DNA of 64,000 nt from Utricularia gibba (GCA_002189035.1 CM007991.1:1674001-1738000); one strand, 5' to 3'; shown: positions 10,923-25,735, counted from the first letter of the stretch. Numbers and translations: made by a program. The notes: generated by a model from the sequence alone, not told the origin.

Positions 10923-12707
10923 CTATTTGAAGCTTCCACCAGATTGAGGAGTCCAAAACTCGCTACTCGTCTCCTTGACAACGTTGTAGGTGCTCGAAAT
11001 CGGCATCAGGCAGAGGCCCCGTCTCGTCATCGGACCTTCTCTATCCATCCCACATTGCCTAATCTGCAAATTCAAAACATTTTACATAGATTAGTTTGAT
11101 GAAAGTACGAAGTGGGCGATATGGGATCTTTGGAATCTGGCGGACGTGGATGGAAGTAAATGTGAAAGATAAAGGGCTGTCCTACAAATTTATCATGCCT
11201 CAGGAGATGGTGAAGTGTCAAGGGGGGTTACTTTTTTTATCCGGCAGTATGTAAATGATGTCATGACAATACCTGTTGGAGTTGATGTGGAGGCGATTTA
11301 CTTTTGAAGTACGGGGCAGTCAGCACCTGAGAACACGTAATTTGCTGTAGTTATAATGTTTTTTAACTGGTTTGTTTTGATGGTGGTAAAAAAATCCTTT
11401 TAGGGATGTCGCATACGTGAACTTGGTCGTGGAGAAACTTGATGCTTTCGATTGCTTCGTGCAAAACTGAAGAGGTATCTGTCTGAAATATGAGCAAACT
11501 ATTGAATGAACTGGATGAAGCTATAAGCTTTTTGCAGGCCCATGTCTAAATGATGCTTAGTGATTCAGTGTTAACCTTTCCGAAGGGAGAAACAAGCTGC
11601 TGGAGAGCGGTTACTCGGCCTCCCAGTTTCTCTTTTCTGACCTGATTCAACCAAAAAAGCACCATTGTTATCATGTTTTTATTGTTTTCTTGCATGAACA
11701 GAAGGGAGATGAATATCTGCCTTAAAAGTTGGTAATGACGATCGCGTTTCGAATCGAGGACGCTTCAATGGAGGCGCAAGGGAGGTGTTCTTGCAGGCCA
11801 ATGGAATTTCGTCAGGAGAAGCCTGAAGAAAAAATTTGCAATATATGATGACAATGATCATGCTCCGTGTGTATTAATAAGGTCTAAAGAACCAAGACAC
11901 AGAAATGCTGTCTGTAAGTCTGTTAGGGCACATACCTGTGGGTTAAAGTTGGCTTGACAGACATTCTGGGTGCTGTCAGTAGATGAACTGAAAAACTGAG
12001 GCTCACTTGAATGAAGAAAACTCGCCGGAATACTGCCGGAGCCGCCCAATCGCATATGAGTTTCTGGCAAAGCTGTTGAGTTGATCATACCCAAGTCTCC
12101 CAAGTAATCACCCTGATTCGCAACGTGGCTGGAATCGAACAAGGAAGAAGGGAAGCTGGATGACTGATAGCCACCATATCCAAACGGACTACTTTCTGGG
12201 CAAGAAAAGCTCGGATAAGGATCTTGAAAACCACTTTGGGTACTAGACTGCGCATTCGGACAATAGAAATCGGGTCTAAATCCGGCGCAATCGATCTCCG
12301 GAGGCTCTGGATACTGATCCGGTAATCGTCCATGGCTGTACCTGCATCAAGACGCACACAAGGTTAAAACCAAAAGGAGCCTTCTTGGATCAACTTGTCC
12401 CTTGCACATGATTACAAGAACCACGCCTAAAAAGAACCCCGTCCCTGTAAAAAGGCTTTTGGACCATCACAGATAGTGATCATCAAGGGGACCAATAAAG
12501 AGTTCCAACACATCAAAACACACAAGGAACTCACAGTAAATCTGTATTGCAAACAACTGGAGATCTTGAGTTCCTGGAGTCGAAAACGAATCCGGGGTTG
12601 ACGACGGCGGATGGATACGGCGAAAGACCGGAGAAGAGGAGACCCTTGGGCACACTGAACCACCAATTTTCACCAAGAACTCCACCAGACTGAAACTCTT
12701 CACCCAT
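10923..12707 (-). CDS. bHLH transcription factor, bHLH112/68/123-like; exons 12707-12535, 12341-11936, 11822-11721, 11641-11576, 11482-11417, 11326-11273, 11063-10923
   Basis: Manual assembly gives [16 protein letters not shown]...[15 protein letters not shown]|[22 protein letters not shown]|[22 protein letters not shown]|VLTAPY...[12 protein letters not shown]...EFWTP..GGSFK*, matching this subfamily's N-terminal, bHLH and C-terminal motifs. Requires one GC-AG intron. Confidence 0.92.
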
Positions 12708-14749
12708 GGTTTGCTTCTCCTTCTCCTCTTTGATGCTAGAAAACCCTAAAATGAAGTGAAATGATGGTGCAATATATAGTTAGCATGGTTGACATTTTTT
12801 CTTTCTAGAGGTCTCATTCTCTTGTAGGTGGAAGAAGGAATTATTTCACAACGAATTTTAATAAAAAAAATATCTCGATTATTCAGAGAGTGTATGATTG
12901 CTTCTACCTTTATTCATTTCCTTAGTGTTCATTGGTTGGTAAATTGACCTAATTAAAGTTGCCAACGGGATTTTCAGATAGTGGAGCTTTGAATTTTTTG
13001 TATTTTCTTCTTTTCTCGAACAATTTGGGTTTGACTTCGAAATTCAATTATCACATATACATTTTTTTTTCAAACAAATTCAATTATAAAAAATCGGATA
13101 TAATTGCTAATCGCACGTGGAATTTCTCCAAATGGGTGTACCATTGCCTCTGTAGACAATTCTGAATTAGGGTTTAAATTGCTAATCGCCCAACATACCC
13201 TGGGCGGTGGTAATAAGAAAATATTATCTTCGTGAGGGTTGACTCACGAGTCAAAATAGGTGTGAAGAATTTCAAAGTTAGGCAGTATTAAATTGCATAC
13301 TTTAATGATTGAAAAAAAACATATATTAATGAGGAAAATGTTCATTCTTACTTATTTATTATTAAAAAATTTATCCACGTGACCATTTTTGTAATGTCAA
13401 ACTTTGAAAATGATCAATTTCAATAGTTATTGCACTCTTGGATACAAAATTGCTTCCTCCTTTTTTTTTTTGTTTTTCTTAAATAAAATAATATGTTTTT
13501 CAAAAAAATCAAACCCCATCCTTCATAATTGATTAAAATAGATAATAGTAATAATAATAATATTGGTTATTGTAAAAAGAAAAAAAAAACTCGGAAGCTG
13601 GCGGCGGGCAGTGGGGTGGGGTGTGACCGGCAACGGACCGTGGATCTGGAAAGGCGGGACCCACACGCAGCACGCGCACCATGTCGGGAAAGGGGACCGT
13701 GAATTTTATCCCCCTTTTTTTCTTTTTTAATTTTTATAAATCATTTACATGGTAAGATTAAAAAACTATACATAGAATTTAATGAAAAAGTCAATACTTC
13801 ATTTTTTTTTTAAAAGAAAGACATGAGCCCATTTTGGCAAAGCTCAAGCTGCGCTCCTACACACAGCAAACGTGTTGAATTTTATCATCTGGAATCAACA
13901 CGATCATGTGCCTAGTGCACAGGCCTCCCCACACGCCCCAAGACAATAGAAAATGTGAGGAAGTAACATGGGGGGGCTACCGAATGCATGACGCCATCCC
14001 TGCGTCATAATTGGGGGCGGGCACCCTTGAAATTACATGGAAATTATTAAGCATGTGGTGGGGGTGGGGGTGAACTGTGAGGAGACAAGAATGCCCCAGT
14101 AAAATACAAAGAGACAAAACAATTATAGTTGATGCGAGTCGGATGGGTGATTGTATAGGCGCTTTCCACAACAGTTGTAGCCAGAGGTGCTGGAATGTTA
14201 CACCAGGTGGTAAAAAGGTAAATTAAACCTAGCCTCATCACCATGTCCGCACATATTGAGGTTTGATGTTGTTGTTGAAATTAAGAATTTGATGTATAGA
14301 ACGATATAAAAAATGTAAATCGTATTAAAAAAAAATTGTGTTAAATCGATTATTAGTTATTATAATTTTTATATATTTAATTATTTCATTTTTCAAATTT
14401 CAATATAAGATTACTTGTTCTAATAGTTATTTGTGGCATTTCAATGTTGCTACGGTACAAAAAAAGTAATTTTGAACGGTCTTGGGATAAGTTGTATGGT
14501 GTAACGGTCCCGGTGCATTAATGATGAGGACTTAGGTGTAACATTGGACACTCCATGTATTTAATTGAGAAAAGGATTGACATTGCCGCCGCCACCGTCT
14601 TTTGTAAAAGCATGTGACCCTTTTTAATAATGGTGTAATAACAAATTCCACATGCTTTTTAAAAAATTGCATCATTTATGACAATGGCACAAGTAAATCA
14701 TAAGCAACAACAACAAAAGTGTTGATGTAATCTCTGAATCGCAGGCACA

Positions 14750-16137
14750 TTAGCAAAGCCATCTAAAGCTCATGTGTCCCTTTAAATGGCGGTTTCTCCA
14801 AGTATCAATGCCTTCGTAGACAAGCATGAAAACTGTACTCAGACCGATTATCAAACTTATCAACAGAACGGCTATTGAAACTCTTCCTGATTTGTTTATT
14901 GCCCTTTTGACGGCAACGAACCCCAACAAGGATGCAATCAAACTGATGGCGGCAAGTACGGCTGCTTTTCTTACACCTTCCATGCCGGAAATCAAGTACT
15001 GGAATGCCGACATGGAGGAGGAGAAGAGCACCATCACTGAACTTGTTGCTACTGTAACCTACACGTAGGAAAAAAGAATGGGAATTGATTTCTCTTGAGA
15101 GAGTGATTTTTGAACATTTTAACCACTTACTCGAGGGTTTATTCCTAGTTGAAGAAATATTGGGTTCACGATGGTCCCTCCTCCGATCCCGAACAGCCCG
15201 CCAACAACCCCGGCAATGAGGGCGACGGCTGGAATCGTCGTTGGGTTGATCGTTACCAGTCGATTTTCGCATCCATTTCCCTTGAACCATCAACAAACAT
15301 GTCAATTTATCTTCATGGTTACTCATATAATGCTGTGCTCATCGGCGTACCTTTTCTCTAGAACACTTGGTTAAGCACAAGATCACAATTGTGAAAACAA
15401 GTGCTAGAAAGATCTGCGATGCGAAGAGACTCCAATACAAACTTCCACAGGGCTTTATGTGGAGAATTCCCTGCAAAAACTACATGTTCAATTCATGAAA
15501 CGTACCAAAGATATGTAAATTTGAATTTTGAAACACAGGAAAAAAAAAATTGGCCTTGAGGCTTTGATTACGTTTCCATATCTATTCCCTCTGAGGAGAG
15601 ACAATGCGAAAAACGAAAGCCAGATAGTAACAAGGGTGCCAATCTTAAGCCATGGGATACTCGATTTGACTCCTCCACCGTCGCCGCCGGAGGTTTGCGG
15701 CGGAGAAGTTTCACATGTTTCACGGTCTCTAGACTCTTCCATCCAAAGTCTGGTTCCATACGAACAAGTCTTGTATGTGTTGTAAGAGAAAAAAATCACT
15801 AACAATACCGTGACCAGCCACTCAGGGAACATGGCGTTGCATATCACGCCGATGCTAACTCCGAGCAACATACACGGCTCCGAGATCAAAACGATATCAA
15901 TATCGATCGCCGGCTTCCGTCGATTCTCTATTAGTTGGCATACGACACCGCCGATCGATCCACCGGTTACCATCAAAGCCGAGAAACTAACCGCGGTCTT
16001 GAGTTCGAGGTCGGCGACCAATGTGAGAATCGGAATGTATAGTGTTCCACCCCGAGCCCGAGAGAGCTCGATATGCCGGCTGCCGGAAAAGAAAGCGCCG
16101 CCGCTAGGAAGAACCGGAGGTCGAAGCTAGAACTCAT
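14750..16137 (-). CDS. Sulfite exporter TauE/SafE family membrane protein, copy B; exons 16137-15572 (one -1 frameshift near 16050-16053), 15470-15351, 15280-15131, 15058-14750
   Basis: Motifs GISS..GLGGGTLYIPIL (after adding one G), IDIDIVLISEPCMLLGVSIGVICN, GVVGGLFGIGGG, VTVATSSVM. Exon 1 is 566 nt, one short of the 567 needed for phase 0. Either a consensus error or a young pseudogene. Confidence 0.85.
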
Positions 16138-16733
16138 ATTCATTCAGTGGGTATGGAGGAAACTACCATAACTTGGTAGAGCATACAGCATACTACATAA
16201 TACTTTTTGCCATGAGGACAATGAATATGCTGCACGTTTGGTTTTTGCGATGTAATGCGAAGATTTGCTGGCGTGTTGTGTTAGAAGAGTAACGGAATTC
16301 TGTGCATGGCGTTTTGTGTAACAAACAAGCGCATTTCTCACGCAGCGCAACTTCACGAATGCAGACAAGTTGGTGGCGCCATGCTCATATGAAATCAGGC
16401 TTGTCTGTGATTCTTTTTACCAGGATCCCACTCAGATCCTAAATTTGGAATTTATAAATTAAAAATTATTTTTAAATTCAGAACCAGTTTTCCAATTACA
16501 CCCAAACAATTAGCAAAATTGATTTTGGCCCCCTCCATTTCCCTTTTTCGAATTCCATGTTTTATGGGTCGTATCGATCAAGATCAGAAAAACAATATTT
16601 CTTTCATTATAATTTCGATTATTCCACCAAAATTTTGTATTTCGGTCAATTTTTTTCGAATTTAAAACTTTATGTGCAGCATATGTTTTGTAGCTTAAAA
16701 ACATAGAAAAGAACAGTAACGCCGCCGAGTCTT

Positions 16734-18386
16734 CTAGCAGAGCTTTTTGAAGCCGAGCGTCTCCCCGTCGGCGCGGCTTCTCACGACGGCGATGACTTGA
16801 GAAACAGTGATGAAGACGACGCTCAGGGCAACGACGAAGCCGATCAAGAGGACCAGAATCGACTCCCTCCCGTACTTCTTGACGACTCGCTTGATCAGGA
16901 CGAAGCCGATGAGGGATGCGAAGAAGCTGATTGCTGAACAGATAACCGCCCTTCTTACATCCTTCACCCCGGAGATCAAGTACTGGAACGCCGTCATGGA
17001 TGACGTTAGTAGTATCATCAGAGAGCTTGTGGCTACCGTAACCTAATCGTGCATCGGAAGAAGCCAAAAGTCAACGCCGGACTATTTATCGAGTTCGTAA
17101 TCCTACATGTAGCAGCATCGCATGCATGTGGTAAGAGAATTGCCTGCGTGTCTCTTTTTAATGTCTAGTGGGCGTGTTGAATGTCAACGACCGATGGAAA
17201 AATAGGAATTAAATTTTATTAGGGAAAAAAGGGAAAAGCACCAATCATACAGAGTTACTTAAAATAAACAACTTACTTGGGGTGGTACGCCAATTTGCAG
17301 AAGAACCGGGTTCATGATCAACCCGCCGCCTACCCCAAACAGCCCTCCGATTACTCCGGCGAACAACGCGGCCACCGGGAAAACGATCGGATTTAGTGAC
17401 TCGCCTCCTCGGGTTGTTCTTCTATTTTCCTTTCATGGACGCATACGATATGTCAGTTTTCATGATATTGTCTTCTGCAACTCAGGATGCAAATTTGTCA
17501 CCTGCCTCCAAGAGCTTATGCTCATGTTCAAGGCTGTGAATACAACCGCCAGGAGAATCTGAGACGTGGAAAGGATCCAATACACAGTTCCACAAGGCTT
17601 TAGGTGGAAAATACCCTGCAACATGTTTCAAATTTATTGCGGGAAGGAAAAAATGAATAGGCGAGACCTCAATATTGTGGGTGGTATTATTCATTACGTT
17701 TCCGTATCTGTTGCCCCGGAAGAGATAAACGGCGAAGAACGAGAGCCAGATGATCGGTAGTCCTGCAAGCTTAATCCATTTACGGCCAGAACCGACGGCC
17801 GGGGTTGATCAGTTTCAAACGTCTCGATCTCCACCGTTCCCTCTCCGCCACGGCTTCTAGATTCTTGCTTCCATAGCCGAACCCCGGATAAAATAGTTTT
17901 CCAGGTGGTGAAGAAGAGGAAAGTAGCTAACAAAACAGTTATCAGCCAAACGGGGAACACGGCGTTGCATATTACGCCTACGCTCACCCCAAGCAGCATG
18001 AACGGCTCTGAGAGAAGCGCGATGTCGACGTCGATAAGTGGGTTCTTGCGGTTCATTATGATCTGGCAGGCCACGCTGCTGACTGCCCCGGTGGTCACCA
18101 TGCAGGCGGAGTAGCTGACGGCTGTCTTCAGGTCGACGCCGGAGATGAGTGTAAGAATCGGGATGAATAGTGCGCCGCCACCGAGTCCGCTTGCGCTCGA
18201 GATCCCCGCGGCAGGGAAGCATAAAATAGCGGCAATCAAGAACCTGTGGCTGGAGCTTAGGTGCAAGTTGAGGGCGGTTGAAACCCGAGAGATTGAGTTT
18301 ACCATAAGCGATGGCAGCGACGGTTCCCCGTGGGAAGTGCCGGCCACGCCGGAGAAGATGAACAGAAGCAAGAATGTTACTCGCAT
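16734..18386 (-). CDS. Sulfite exporter TauE/SafE family membrane protein, copy A; exons 18386-17698 (one -1 frameshift at about 17780-17810), 17615-17502, 17429-17277, 17042-16734
   Basis: Signal-peptide-like start, GISSASGLGGGALFIPIL, IDVDIALLSEPFMLLGVSVGVICN. The conserved WIKL..IIWLSFFAVYLFRGNRYGN segment lies in a shifted frame. Exon 1 is 689 nt versus the 690 needed. Same 4-exon layout as copy B. Confidence 0.88.
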
Positions 18387-19879
18387 TTTCTTGAGCCTAT
18401 TCCACTACCCCCAAATTCACATACATATAATAGAGAGGATGCTTGATAGTTGAATGTCTAAATAAATAGTTATTAATAGTAAAAAAAGGAAATAAAATAA
18501 TATGTTGACGTGCATTTAAATCCAATCAGCCTATGTGTGTGCTACTAAAAAGTGAAATTAAATCAAAATGAATTTTTATCATAAGCTCCTATTGGTCACA
18601 CGGGTGCAATCACGTGCGTCTTAAAAGTCCGGTGGGCCTGGGCCGTGATCGCCAGGCCCGTTCCGTACCCACCTCTACAGAAAAATTCACACGTTGGGCC
18701 TTCTCCGGTAATTCAAAAACATCATGCTATATACACAAGCCCACTAGCCCTCAAAAAAATCCATTTTCCACCCTCCCAATTATGAGATATTCCAATTTCC
18801 CCCCAAAGTTGCACCTAAATTGGGAGACTAGTCCTTGTATCCTAGGCTGTCCCTGCCACGCACATATAATGAAAATATAGGTGTAGCCTTGCTGCCATAA
18901 CCGAGCACAGTTCACACACGACATGCTCCATCCTCGTACCGGGTACTCGTGCAATCCACTCGGATTCTCTTCTTTTTTGTTCTTTGTAAAAACAACACAA
19001 TTAACAGGGTTTGGGATAAAATTATACTGTTATATATTCTCCTTTTATCTCTGGTATAATTTATACATATACCAAACACATTCAAATGTTTATATGAACT
19101 TACACTAGGTTAAAGCAGTGGATTAGTGAAGTGGTGTTGTGGTGTTATTACAAAGGACGAAAAAGAAGATAATCCGATTATCCACGTGAAATTTCCCAAC
19201 CACCGGCGCAAACGACGGCTGCATTGGAGTCAACGTCTCTCCATCACACGATGAAGCGGAACAGAATCTTCATTATGCGCAAATAATAAATAATTAGCCC
19301 AATGTTTGAATTTCCTCCTACTGGGCTGCATTTACTCATCACAATTATCACCTTTTTGAATTGAGACCACTGTCGTGGTTGGTGTCTAAATCTTACTAAC
19401 ACACATTTGCATGTGTTCCAGCTACAATATATGAAACTTTATTTGGATAATTTTATTATTTAATTCATGAAATATCATTAAATACAAATTTGTATTTTTT
19501 GAATCCTTCTTACTATAAAAAGATTCTATTTCCTCTATTTTTATTATTTTTATCTTTAATTTTTCAAAAACAATAATTCCAATTCTACAGGTATAATGAA
19601 AATGTCAGTTTTTAAATTATAATTATTTTGATAAAATATTATATATTTAATTATGAATATTGCGATAATATTGGTTTCAATTTATTGGTCCACGTGGGCG
19701 TGTACGAGTGTTCGAGAATAGCTGGATCTACCCACCTACTGGCGGCCATTGCGGGGATGGGTTTTTTAAACTGCATCAACTGTATGATGATGATGATGAT
19801 CCACTCTACTGCTAAGTACACTGCACTCATTTGATCTTTATAACCAGAAGTGGGGAGTGGGAAGGCGGACACCAACGCC

Positions 19880-21112
19880 ATGAAGAGGGCCCTTCTCTTG
19901 CTCGGTGTTCTCAGTCTCTCCGCCTTCGCCATTGGTGCGGAGGATGAGGGCAAATCTGGTCTCGTTATGAATTACTATAAGGATTCATGCCCGCAAGCTG
20001 AGGATGTCATTCGTGAGCAAGTCCAGCTTTTGTATAAGCGTCACAAGAACACTGCTTTCTCTTGGCTCAGGAATATTTTCCATGACTGCGCTGTTGAGGT
20101 GCATTGAATTTTTCTGTGTTTGGAAATGGAAGTGCTGTGTATTTCTGGTGAAAGTCTTTTTGTTTCTATGAAACCAGTCGTGTGATGCGTCTCTTTTGCT
20201 GGATTCAACGAGGCGAATGCTGTCGGAGAAGGAGACGGATAGGAGCTTTGGTATGAGGAATTTTAGGTACATCGAAACGATTAAAGAAGCTCTGGAGAGG
20301 AATGCCCTGGTGTTGTTTCTTGTGCAGATGTCCTTGTTTTGTCGGCAAGAGATGGGATTGTTTCCGTGAGTTCACTCTTTCAATTCTGCTGTTTCTTTTT
20401 GAGCTCTCCTGATCTATGAGCACTCGTGCCTCTGCTCCTCAGCTTGGAGGGCCATATATCCCTCTGAAAACAGGAAGAAGAGATGGGAGAAAGAGCAGGG
20501 CCAATGTGCTTGAGCAATTCTTGCCTGATCACAATGAGAGCATGAGTGTTGTCCTTGAAAGATTTGCCAACATTGGAATTGACACACCTGGAGTTGTTGC
20601 TTTGCTTGGTACACACAACATTCTACAACCATTCCTCTATTTTAAACAAATTTGTTGAGTGGTTGAGTCCTGATTCATGGGCTGTTGCTGATTGCGATGC
20701 AGGCGCTCATAGTGTAGGCAGAACCCACTGTGTGAAGCTGGTTCATCGTCTCTACCCGGAAGTAGACCCAGCCCTGAACCCGGACCATGTCGACCATATG
20801 CTCTACAAGTGCCCGGACCCGATCCCGGATCCTAAGGCCGTGCAATATGTGAGGAATGATAGAGGCACTCCCATGAAGCTTGACAATAACTACTACAGAA
20901 ACGTCTTGGATAACAAGGGACTGTTGATTGTTGATCATCAGTTGGCTACCGACAAAAGAACTAAGCCATTTGTGAAGAAAATGGCCAAGAACCAAAACTA
21001 TTTCTTCAAGGAATTTGCTCGAGCCATCACTCTTCTGTCTGAGAACAACCCTCTGACAGGAACCAAGGGTGAAATCAGAAGGCAGTGCAACGTTGCTAAT
21101 AAGCTCCATTGA
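19880..21112 (+). CDS. PER42: Class III peroxidase 42 (PRXR1-like); exons 19880-20098, 20178-20365 (-1 frameshift at 20299-20300), 20443-20608, 20703-21112
   Basis: Diagnostic HKNTAFSWLRNIFHDCAVE|SCDASLLLDS, GAHSVGRTHCVKLVHRLYP and LDNNYYRN motifs. GAGAGGAATGCCCT needs one extra G to read ERECPGVVSCAD. Confidence 0.95.
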
Positions 21113-21508
21113 TGGATGCCCCTGTTTCTGTGTGCACTTCGAAATTCTGCTCGCTTCGGTTTGTTGGTCTTCTGTCTGTAACTTGTAGTCCTACGATTCT
21201 GCTGTTATCTCATGTTCTTCTGGTACTGCAGTAACATTGTAATTGTGCAACAATCAGTCATGCAGCAGGGATCATTGCTGTTTTTATCATGTTTTTAATA
21301 CAACGAAGGCACAGAATTTCACAAGCTTTATCCTCGAAGGAAACAGCATAAAACAAACACAGGAGATTCACTGTTTCTGAAAGAAACCGATTGTACAGTT
21401 GAAAGCAATTCAGAAGATGCCTGGAAAAGATCAAGGGAGGAAAGAGCGAGAATCACAAATTTAACAGTTGAGCCGGATGATCCTCTTGAAAAATGTGATG
21501 TTCATCTT

Positions 21509-23724
<2,216 letters not shown>

Positions 23725-24449
23725 CTCCGCAAGATTCAAACTTCAGCACTCGCAATATTCAAAGTCCCCAACTTTTCCTCAAATTCGATGAGGATCAGGG
23801 TTCGTATGCATTTGAATGTTCTCCCTTAAAGTCTACGGAGAATTTTGCTTAAAAAACAATTCCACCCGTTCTCTCTTTCGACTCCACGTGAGGCATTTAT
23901 GTGTTTTAAAAGGCGGACGGTACCGGTCCAGCAGATCGGTCCAACCGCGAACCGCCAAGCATTTTAGTCCGATTTAGCTACACAAAAACCGATCGCCATT
24001 TTTTATACGATAAAATTGTAAAAATGTATTCGTTGAGATAAAATATAAAAATGCAAGACTATTAATTTCCCCATGAGATAATTAACATATTAAACATATA
24101 CAACTTCCCTCATTTGTATCGCTTGCTAAATTTAAAAATTATTAAAATTAAATTCATCATAATAGAGATCGTGGTTTTAACTTTTAACCAACTAAACCCT
24201 AAACCATTAAATATTTGAAATAATTAAAACTGCCCAATTATTACAGCCCTGAACCGTGTGGGTGTAGGTTTAAATGATTGAAACCTATTCAGCAGTGCCC
24301 TAGACCCCATTTTGTAATAATTCTACATTTTTTTTCACCGAGAAAACTAGGAGGAGTCTTCACAAAAACGGAACAGTAACCAGAGCCGCCATCAACACAA
24401 TACATGATTTTTGAACCTGTCCTCTTTGGAGCCGGTGGGCTCGCCCTTC

Positions 24450-24767
24450 TCATGGTTGGTGGATTTGTTTGGCGCGTTGGCACTTCAGAGCGAGCCTGCA
24501 GGATCTCAGCAGAAGCGCAGCTTGCCTACAGAAGCCAGCCCTCGTCAGAAAGGAAGCGCCTTTCCTTAGCCTCATGAGCCTTTTGCCGACTCTGAGCTTG
24601 AGCTTAACCGCCTTCACTCGCAGCCATGATGGGCGGTTCAGGTCATCGGCCTGCTTCATGATCTTGTGGATGAGCAGCTGGGCCCGTGCATGCTGCGCCT
24701 CTTCTTCATCGTCCTCCAGCTTGGAATAAGCGCGAGCTTTGCTCAAAGAGGGCATGGGCATGGGCAT
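24450..24767 (-). CDS. Small basic plant protein of unknown function (105 aa, intronless)
   Basis: YSKLEDDEEEAQHARAQLLIHKIMKQAD...RPSWLRVKAVKLKLRVGKRLMRLRK resembles a recurring uncharacterised plant family (..HRRAQFLIYK..LKVRIGKRL..). Confidence 0.75.
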   Translation of the reverse strand: MPMPMPSLSKARAYSKLEDDEEEAQHARAQLLIHKIMKQADDLNRPSWLRVKAVKLKLRVGKRLMRLRKGASFLTRAGFCRQAALLLRSCRLALKCQRAKQIHQP

Positions 24768-25735
24768 GATTGATGATTCTCTGGCGGATAGAGATGGCTC
24801 AGATGGAGGATGCACAATTTATAAGCAAACCACCATGTGGTGATATTAATGATTGTGATAACATATATATAACTACCTGAGATCTATTAGTTTTTGATTC
24901 GTGACCATGTCTATGTCCATGGGGTTGCATCATCATGCAGCCCCTTTGAAGATTTTTTCAAGAGATTGATGAATGATTTTAGTGAGCTTTGAAATTGGAG
25001 TCATGCCGCGAACAATGGCGTCCGCTGATTTCTACCTCCTCGTGAGGACAGCCATGCCCGAACCAGGCTTCAGGAGCAGCAAAAAAACAAACACAATTCC
25101 ACGCTTCGGGTGCAACTGCTCAATGAATTCCGATGGAGATTTGTCCTTCGTGAAAAAAGTCAAATGGAGCTGCGCCCAACGAGTATCCATGTGTCAGCCT
25201 TCGAAAGGGCAAGCTCCGCAAGGTTTTTCAGAAACTTATTTCAAAGCTCTCCAAACTGGAGTTTTACCGTTTAAAGGGAAAGTCGGGTGCATTTTGGAAG
25301 AAGATGATGTCCTCTAAATGATTCGGTCTGCTGTTTTGTAAGAAATCTGTTTAATCGCTGCTATTTTGGAGAACGCACAGATCACTCGAACATGGGGAAA
25401 CAAGAACCCCCTTTGCAAGGATATGAATCACGGAAGTTGAGTAGAATTAGCAAACGATAATCAACGCACGAGACACCGTACAATCGCAATTCAACACTGA
25501 GAGTGCATACAGTTCGCCGGCCGATCAAAAGAAAGAAAGGCTAAAACAAACAGCATGGGAGGTATGAGATACCACATAGTAGAAAAACAAGGGAAAGAAA
25601 AGCTTCCGGCAAACATCTCTACTGATCCTCACCAACAAACGCCTTCTGCACCATACATGCTTTCAAGACAACCAAATCGAGAGCCTTACCGAGAAATAAC
25701 TGCCCTTAATTTGGATTCATCAACTAGAGAGAGAG

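Noticed and set aside
13600-14250. GC-rich patches and short ORFs upstream of the bHLH gene
   Set aside because: No recognisable protein motif, splice pattern, hairpin or known miRNA sequence; most likely upstream regulatory DNA.
17772-17836. A 65-nt cryptic intron (GTGGAG...TTAAG) that could restore the TauE copy A frame
   Set aside because: Weak donor, GC-rich for a eudicot intron, absent from copy B, and it would delete the conserved W-x-K motif; a single missing base is simpler.
19850-19879. In-frame GTG in strong context upstream of the PER42 ATG (possible non-AUG start)
   Set aside because: A TATA-like TTTTATAA sits only about 10 nt upstream, so the GTG is probably 5' of the transcription start.
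20050-20098. Non-canonical peroxidase distal motif SWLRNIFHDCAVE
   Set aside because: This is the normal signature of the PER42/PER21 clade, not a novelty.
24191-24205. Telomere-like TAAACCCTAAACC here and TTTAGGTTTAGGG near 46067
   Set aside because: Only 1-2 units; consistent with ordinary telo-box motifs or chance, not interstitial telomeric arrays.
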